Of a stretch of DNA of 64,000 nucleotides, positions 58,800-64,000 are shown piece after piece. The stretch is from positions 858,774-922,773 of the forward strand of contig JBMOPW010000014.1 in assembly GCA_049322915.1 (NCBI GenBank), read 5' to 3'. The position numbers and the translations under genes were made by a program. This stretch comes from Candidatus Zhuqueibacterota bacterium. GTDB lineage: Bacteria > Zhuqueibacterota > Zhuqueibacteria > Thermofontimicrobiales > Thermofontimicrobiaceae. Position 1 is the stretch's first letter. Every line of letters begins with the position of its first letter. Below the pieces are notes generated by a model. The model saw only the letters and a program-made list of their open reading frames with translations, ran no database searches and was not told the DNA's origin.

Positions 58800-60200
58800 A
58801 TGATGAGACGAGCGATAGTCATTATCGGAATAATTGTCCTCTGCATGGCATGGACGCCGGCGAACGGTCAGGCGCAGGAAGCCGGCGCGCCGGCAATGGG
58901 ACAGGTTACGTGGGATCCGTTTCTGGACACACTTCAGGTCAAGACGCTGAAGTTCTTTCTGGAAACAACGGATGTAGCGACCGGATTGACGCCGGATCGC
59001 TGGCCGAAACCGGCGCCTTCCAGCATTGCCGCCGTTGGATTCGCGCTGACAGCCTACCCCATCGCGGTTGAGCGTCAGCTAATTACCAGAGCGGAAGCAG
59101 CGACGCGGGTGTTGAACACATTGAAATTTTTCTGGCGACTCCCCCAGAATCCCGGGCGCGATGATGTGGCCGGGTACAAGGGCTTTTTTTATCATTTTCT
59201 GGATGTCAAAAAAGGCACCCGCTACTGGAAATGCGAATTGTCCACCATCGACACGGCGCTGCTGCTGGCTGGCGCATTGTTCTGCCAGACCTACTTTCAG
59301 GGCTCCGGCGATGACGAGATAGCCATTCGTTCCCTGGTTGATTCTCTGTATTTTCGCGTGGACTGGAATTGGGCCATGGCCGGCGAACCCGGGGTGAAAA
59401 CAGGCTGGCATCCGGAAGAGGGTTTTTCGCCGCACATTTGGGATGGTTACGATGAAGCGATGATTCTGTACATTCTGGCGCTTGGCTCGCCGACGCACGG
59501 CCTGCCCGAATCCGTGTGGCAAACATGGACAAAACCGTACATCTGGGCTGAGTATTACGGCATGGAATTCATAAGTTTCGGGCCACTGTTCGGGCATCAG
59601 TTCTCCCACTGCTGGATTGATTTTCGGGGAATTCAGGATGCGTACATGCGGGAGAAAGGCATTGACTATTTCGAAAATTCCCGCCGGGCAACCTATTCTC
59701 AGCGCAGTTACGCCATTGAAAATCCGCTCGGCTGGAAAGATTACTCGGAGAATGTCTGGGGATTCAGCGCCTGCGATGGGCCGGGGGACGTGACTCTGAA
59801 AATCGATGGGAAGAAGCGGAAATTCTGGTCCTATTACGCGCGAGGCGTTTCGTTCGACTGGGTCGGCGATGACGGAACCATCGCGCCCTACGCAGCCGGC
59901 AGCTCTGTCGCATTCGCGCCGGAAATCTGCATTCCCGCGTTGAAGACCATGCGCGCCCGGTACGGCGATCGCGTCTGGCAGCAGTATGGTTTTATCGATG
60001 CCTTCAATCTGAACTACATCACCCGGGAAACGCCGCTCGGCTGGTTTGATACCGATTATATCGGCATCGACCAGGGGCCGATCGTCATCATGATCGAAAA
60101 TTTGCGGAGCGGTTTTGTCTGGAATGTGATGCGACAAAATCCATACATCATCGAAGGTCTGCGCAAAGCCGGGTTTACCGGCGGCTGGCTGGCTCAATGA
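58800..60200 (+). CDS. Periplasmic GH144-like (glucoamylase-family) hydrolase
   Basis: Signal peptide; SIAAVGFALTAYPI, GYKGFFYHFLD, ELSTIDTALL, PLFGHQFSHCWIDFR, GIDQGP, GLRKAGFTGGWL. Confidence 0.88.
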   Translation: MMRRAIVIIGIIVLCMAWTPANGQAQEAGAPAMGQVTWDPFLDTLQVKTLKFFLETTDVATGLTPDRWPKPAPSSIAAVGFALTAYPIAVERQLITRAEAATRVLNTLKFFWRLPQNPGRDDVAGYKGFFYHFLDVKKGTRYWKCELSTIDTALLLAGALFCQTYFQGSGDDEIAIRSLVDSLYFRVDWNWAMAGEPGVKTGWHPEEGFSPHIWDGYDEAMILYILALGSPTHGLPESVWQTWTKPYIWAEYYGMEFISFGPLFGHQFSHCWIDFRGIQDAYMREKGIDYFENSRRATYSQRSYAIENPLGWKDYSENVWGFSACDGPGDVTLKIDGKKRKFWSYYARGVSFDWVGDDGTIAPYAAGSSVAFAPEICIPALKTMRARYGDRVWQQYGFIDAFNLNYITRETPLGWFDTDYIGIDQGPIVIMIENLRSGFVWNVMRQNPYIIEGLRKAGFTGGWLAQ

Positions 60201-60240
60201 TCTGAAAAAAGTTTAGTCGTGACAATGTGAAAGGAAAACA

Positions 60241-63200
60241 ATGGCACTCGTGGCAGATTCATTGCTCCGCAGACTGCGGTCCGTCAGTTCTGTTATTTTG
60301 ATGGGATTGCTCACGGTATTCCCGGCCTTTTCGCAAACGCAATTGCTGGATGAATTTGAAACGCTCGCCGGTTGGGAACCGATTGCGTCCGAGGGCGCCA
60401 ATGGCCGGTTGACTTCCAGCGTCGGCAAATCGGGCAATGCCATGGGCATCGAATTCGAATTGACTGGTGGTTACGGCTATGTGATTGCTCAGAAAGAATT
60501 TGCCATCGAGCTCCCTGAGAATTACCAGTTCACCTTCGACATCAGGGCGGAAGCGCCTGTCAATAATTTTGAATTCAAATTGCTGGATGCCTCTGAAAAT
60601 GTCTGGTGGATCAAGAAGCAATATTTCGAATATCCAACCACCTGGACCCGGATGCGCATCAAGAAAAGGCACATAACCTTTGCCTGGGGACCGGCCGGCG
60701 GCGGTGAAATCCGTCGCGTCGCAAAAATCGAATTCGTTGTTTCCACCGCTACCGGCGGAATCGGTAAAATCTGGATCGACAATTTCCGATTCGAACCCAT
60801 CGTGGAGCCGTCGCGCGATGCAGCGCCGGCATCTCTGGAGTTTTCATCGGCAGCCCGGGGCAGCAGGCCGGTCATCGATGCGGCTGGAACAATGCTGACC
60901 GATTGGCGCAGCGCCGGCAATCAGGAGAGTGAATGGCTGCTGATTCGGTTCAATCAGAATCGTGAAATCGGGGGACTGGTGCTGGATTGGGATGCGGACG
61001 ATTTTGCTTCGGACTATTCGGTGGAAATTTCCGATGATGGCCAGGAATGGTTCAGCGTCTACTCGGTTGTCGCTGGCAATGGCGGCCGGGATTACATTGC
61101 AACGCCGGAAACCGAAGGCCGGCTGCTGCGAATTCTTTTCAAAAAGAGCAGCCGAAACGCCGACTATGGCATCAAGCGGATGCAAATCATGGGGCCGGCT
61201 TACTCCGCTTCACCAAATGATTTCTATTCAGCCGTGGCAAAAGAAACGACCCCTGGCTACTATCCCAAATATTTCCTGAAAAAGCAGTCATACTGGACCG
61301 TGATCGGCGCGGACAGGGATGGAAAAGAGGCGCTGATCAATCAGCAGGGTTTGGTTGAAGTCGACCGTTTCCGATTTTCCATTGAGCCATTCCTATTTTT
61401 CGATAGGAAACTGGTGACCTGGCATGACGTCACCTCCAGCCAATCGCTGGATTCGGACTATCTGCCGATTCCGTCCGTCACATGGAATTATTCCGATCGG
61501 TTGGGTTTGACAATCACCTCGTTCGCCGGCGGAGAAAGCGGATCGTCGATCCTCTACCTGGCCTATCGCATCGAGAATAAAACCGATTCCCATCAGCCGG
61601 GAAATCTATTTCTGGCCATTCGCCCATTTCAGGTCAATCCGCCCTCGCAATGGCTGAACGCAGTCGGCGGTGTCTCCCGCATCGATTCCATTGCCTATGT
61701 CCGGGGAGTCGCTGCGATCGATGAAAAGACAGTGTATCCTCTCACAACTCCGACAGGATTCGGCGCGGCTTCGTTTGACCAGGGAGATATTTCCGAATAC
61801 ATCAGCCGCGGTGAGCTGCCTGCCCAACAGGTCGCCGCAGACCGCAGTCACCGTGCGTCCGCTGCCTTCTCATTCGATTTCGATCTGAAGCCGGGCGCAT
61901 CCCGCGATGTGATTGTCGCTGTGCCATTTCATAACGCATCGGCCAATCTGCCGTCGAATGTATCAGATCAGGAAGCCTCCCGGTTTTACGATGAACGATA
62001 CAGCGAGACAAAGAGTTATTGGGAGGAAAAGCTCAACACTGTCTCCATCAAACTGCCGCAGGACGCGGCCTGGCTGGTCAACACGGTGAAATCGAACCTG
62101 GCGTACATTCTCATCAACCGGGACGGGGCTGGCATTCAGCCCGGTTCGCGCAGTTATGAGCGCTCATGGATCCGCGACGGCTCGCTGACGTCCACGGCCA
62201 TGCTGCAAATGGGGAGGAATGAAGAGGTGCGGGAATTTATCGACTGGTACGCTGCTTATCAATTTCCCAGCGGAAAAATCCCGTGCGTGGTTGATGCCCG
62301 CGGGGCAGACCCGATGCCGGAGAACGACAGTCACGGCCAGTACATTTACGCCGTGATGCAGTACTTCCGTTTTTCAGGGGATACGCTGTGGCTTCGCGGA
62401 AAGTGGGACAGTGTGGTAAAAACAGTCCGTTACATCCAGTCGCTGCGGGCATTGCGCAAGACCGAGGAGTACAAAAATGGCTCTCCGGAAAAGCGCGCCC
62501 TCTATGGCCTGGTTCCTGAGTCTATCAGCCACGAGGGCTATTCGGCCAAGCCCATGCACTCCTACTGGGACGATTTTTTTACGCTGCGCGGTTTAAAAGA
62601 CGCGGCAGAAATGGCGCGCGCTCTGGGCCATGCGGAATTGGCACAGGAGTTTGCTGCCGAGCGCGATGATTTCAGGAACGATTTTTATAACTCGATGCGT
62701 CTGGCTATGGCCAATACCGGGGTGGATTATATCCCGGGGTGCGCGGAACTGGGCGACTTCGATGCGACGTCGACAACTGTGGGCGTTTACCCCTGCGGCG
62801 AGCTGGGCAATATTCCCGAGCCCCAATTGCATACGACATTCGATCAATATTTTCAGTTCAGCCAGGAACGGATGCAGGGGCGTTCGACATGGGATAAATA
62901 TACGCCCTATGAAATTCGCACCGTCGGTACATTTATCTATCTCGATCAAAAAGAGCGCGCGCACGCCATGCTTGACTTTTTTAAAAATGACCGCCGACCA
63001 CCAAAGTGGAATCACTGGGCTGAGGTTGTCTGGCAAAATCCGGATACTGCCGAATTCATCGGGGATATGCCGCATACCTGGGTCGGATCGGATTTTATCC
63101 GGTCGGTTCGCAGCATTTTTGCCTATGAACGTGAACGCGATGCTTCGCTGGTGATTGGTGCGGGCATCCCTGAGTCCTGGCTCGGTTCGGCAGAAGGCAT

Positions 63201-63441
63201 TGAAGTGGCAGAATTACCTACTTATTATGGAAAGCTCACTTTAAAAATGAAGAGGAAAGACAATACAGTATTTGTGGAGTTGAGCGGCTTATCCGAAATG
63301 CCCACGGGCGGTATTGTTATAAAATCACCGATGACAGTTCCAATAAAAAAAGTGAATGTTAATTCAACCAGTATCAGTGTGGAGAATACAATGGAATTTA
63401 CCATTCGGAAATTGCCGGCCAACATAGCAATTCACTATTGA
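60241..63441 (+). CDS. Exported discoidin (F5/8 type C) domain protein with C-terminal (alpha/alpha)6 glycoside-hydrolase-like domain
   Basis: CBM-like N-terminus; EWLLIRF..REIGGLVLDW..YSVEISDDG.EW; PGSRSYERSWIRDG, SISHEGY, HSYWDD, GDMPHTWV. Confidence 0.75.
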   Translation: MALVADSLLRRLRSVSSVILMGLLTVFPAFSQTQLLDEFETLAGWEPIASEGANGRLTSSVGKSGNAMGIEFELTGGYGYVIAQKEFAIELPENYQFTFDIRAEAPVNNFEFKLLDASENVWWIKKQYFEYPTTWTRMRIKKRHITFAWGPAGGGEIRRVAKIEFVVSTATGGIGKIWIDNFRFEPIVEPSRDAAPASLEFSSAARGSRPVIDAAGTMLTDWRSAGNQESEWLLIRFNQNREIGGLVLDWDADDFASDYSVEISDDGQEWFSVYSVVAGNGGRDYIATPETEGRLLRILFKKSSRNADYGIKRMQIMGPAYSASPNDFYSAVAKETTPGYYPKYFLKKQSYWTVIGADRDGKEALINQQGLVEVDRFRFSIEPFLFFDRKLVTWHDVTSSQSLDSDYLPIPSVTWNYSDRLGLTITSFAGGESGSSILYLAYRIENKTDSHQPGNLFLAIRPFQVNPPSQWLNAVGGVSRIDSIAYVRGVAAIDEKTVYPLTTPTGFGAASFDQGDISEYISRGELPAQQVAADRSHRASAAFSFDFDLKPGASRDVIVAVPFHNASANLPSNVSDQEASRFYDERYSETKSYWEEKLNTVSIKLPQDAAWLVNTVKSNLAYILINRDGAGIQPGSRSYERSWIRDGSLTSTAMLQMGRNEEVREFIDWYAAYQFPSGKIPCVVDARGADPMPENDSHGQYIYAVMQYFRFSGDTLWLRGKWDSVVKTVRYIQSLRALRKTEEYKNGSPEKRALYGLVPESISHEGYSAKPMHSYWDDFFTLRGLKDAAEMARALGHAELAQEFAAERDDFRNDFYNSMRLAMANTGVDYIPGCAELGDFDATSTTVGVYPCGELGNIPEPQLHTTFDQYFQFSQERMQGRSTWDKYTPYEIRTVGTFIYLDQKERAHAMLDFFKNDRRPPKWNHWAEVVWQNPDTAEFIGDMPHTWVGSDFIRSVRSIFAYERERDASLVIGAGIPESWLGSAEGIEVAELPTYYGKLTLKMKRKDNTVFVELSGLSEMPTGGIVIKSPMTVPIKKVNVNSTSISVENTMEFTIRKLPANIAIHY

Positions 63442-63571
63442 TTGTATGTTTTATAAAATCGGATCAGGGATTTTAATGAGGGAATGGATTCTTTGAAAAA
63501 GTCATCTTCGGCGGAAAGCATGTCGCGTGTTTGAATTGGAAGCTTGAGCGAACGAAAAAAAATTTCGATAT

Positions 63572-63603
63572 AAAATGAAAACCCCAGCGTGAGAGCTGGG
63601 GTT
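63572..63603 (-). terminator. Intrinsic terminator of the cold-shock gene
   Basis: aaccccagc-N6-gctggggtt with an A-rich left flank (U tract on the minus strand). Confidence 0.7.
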
Positions 63604-63622
63604 GGTCGTTGTCGGTTTCAGG

Positions 63623-63823
63623 TTATATCTTTGTGACGTTTGTTGCCTGCAATCCTTTGGGTCCCTGTTCTACATCAAATTGAACCTGATCGCCCTCTTC
63701 TAATGTTTTGTAGCCATCACCCTGAATTGCTTTGTAGTGAACGAATACGTCGCTACCTTCATCTCTAGTTATGAAGCCGTAGCCTTTAGAGCTGTTGAAC
63801 CATTTTACAGTTCCTGTTTCCAT
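63623..63823 (-). CDS. Cold-shock protein, CspA family
   Basis: [18 protein letters not shown]...DVFVHY...GYKTLEEG...[10 protein letters not shown]. Confidence 0.95.
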   Translation of the reverse strand: METGTVKWFNSSKGYGFITRDEGSDVFVHYKAIQGDGYKTLEEGDQVQFDVEQGPKGLQATNVTKI

Positions 63824-64000
63824 TGAAAAAATCCTTACAAAAAAAATTTGTGTTGCGTACATCTCTTTCTCAGCCTGTTCCGGCCAAAAAAAAATCGTCT
63901 TGAACAGCCCTATAGACCATTCTCCACGAAATTTTTTTTACTTGATATTTAGCACGTCGTTTAACATAAATCAGAAAGGCAGAAAAACAGGGTACAATGA

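Overview
Bacterial chromosomal window, most likely from a non-Bacteroidota member of the FCB group (KSB1/Calditrichota/Ignavibacteria-like). This is an inference: many proteins carry T9SS-type C-terminal sorting domains and PorV-like barrels, yet promoters are canonical TTGACA-N17-TATATT and Shine-Dalgarno sites are present. Left to right: (1) 0.1-8.3 kb accessory region with toxin-antitoxin-like genes, three REP-like hairpins, an AT-rich island (RES-domain gene) and a mosaic secreted protein; (2) a non-pyrrolysine MttB-family methyltransferase; (3) a VWA/DUF11 surface protein coupled to a PorV-like/OmpA-like fusion; (4) a region with several MITEs, including a nested MITE present twice, around a membrane protein and a cation:proton antiporter; (5) housekeeping cluster yggS-yggT-divIVA-(lipoprotein)-punA-ileS-dksA-like-lspA-rluA, then phoH2, arfB and an aldo-keto reductase; (6) a ~25 kb LacI-controlled glycan utilisation locus, probably for beta-1,2-glucans: ABC transporter, LacI, a secreted protein with a 1509-bp internal duplication, TonB-dependent receptor + large secreted protein + PorV-like barrel (no SusD), GH94, two GH144-like enzymes and an uncharacterised discoidin/(alpha/alpha)6 hydrolase; (7) a cold-shock gene. 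No rRNA, tRNA, CRISPR array or intact transposase was recognised. All family calls come from motif recognition by eye; no database searches were run.
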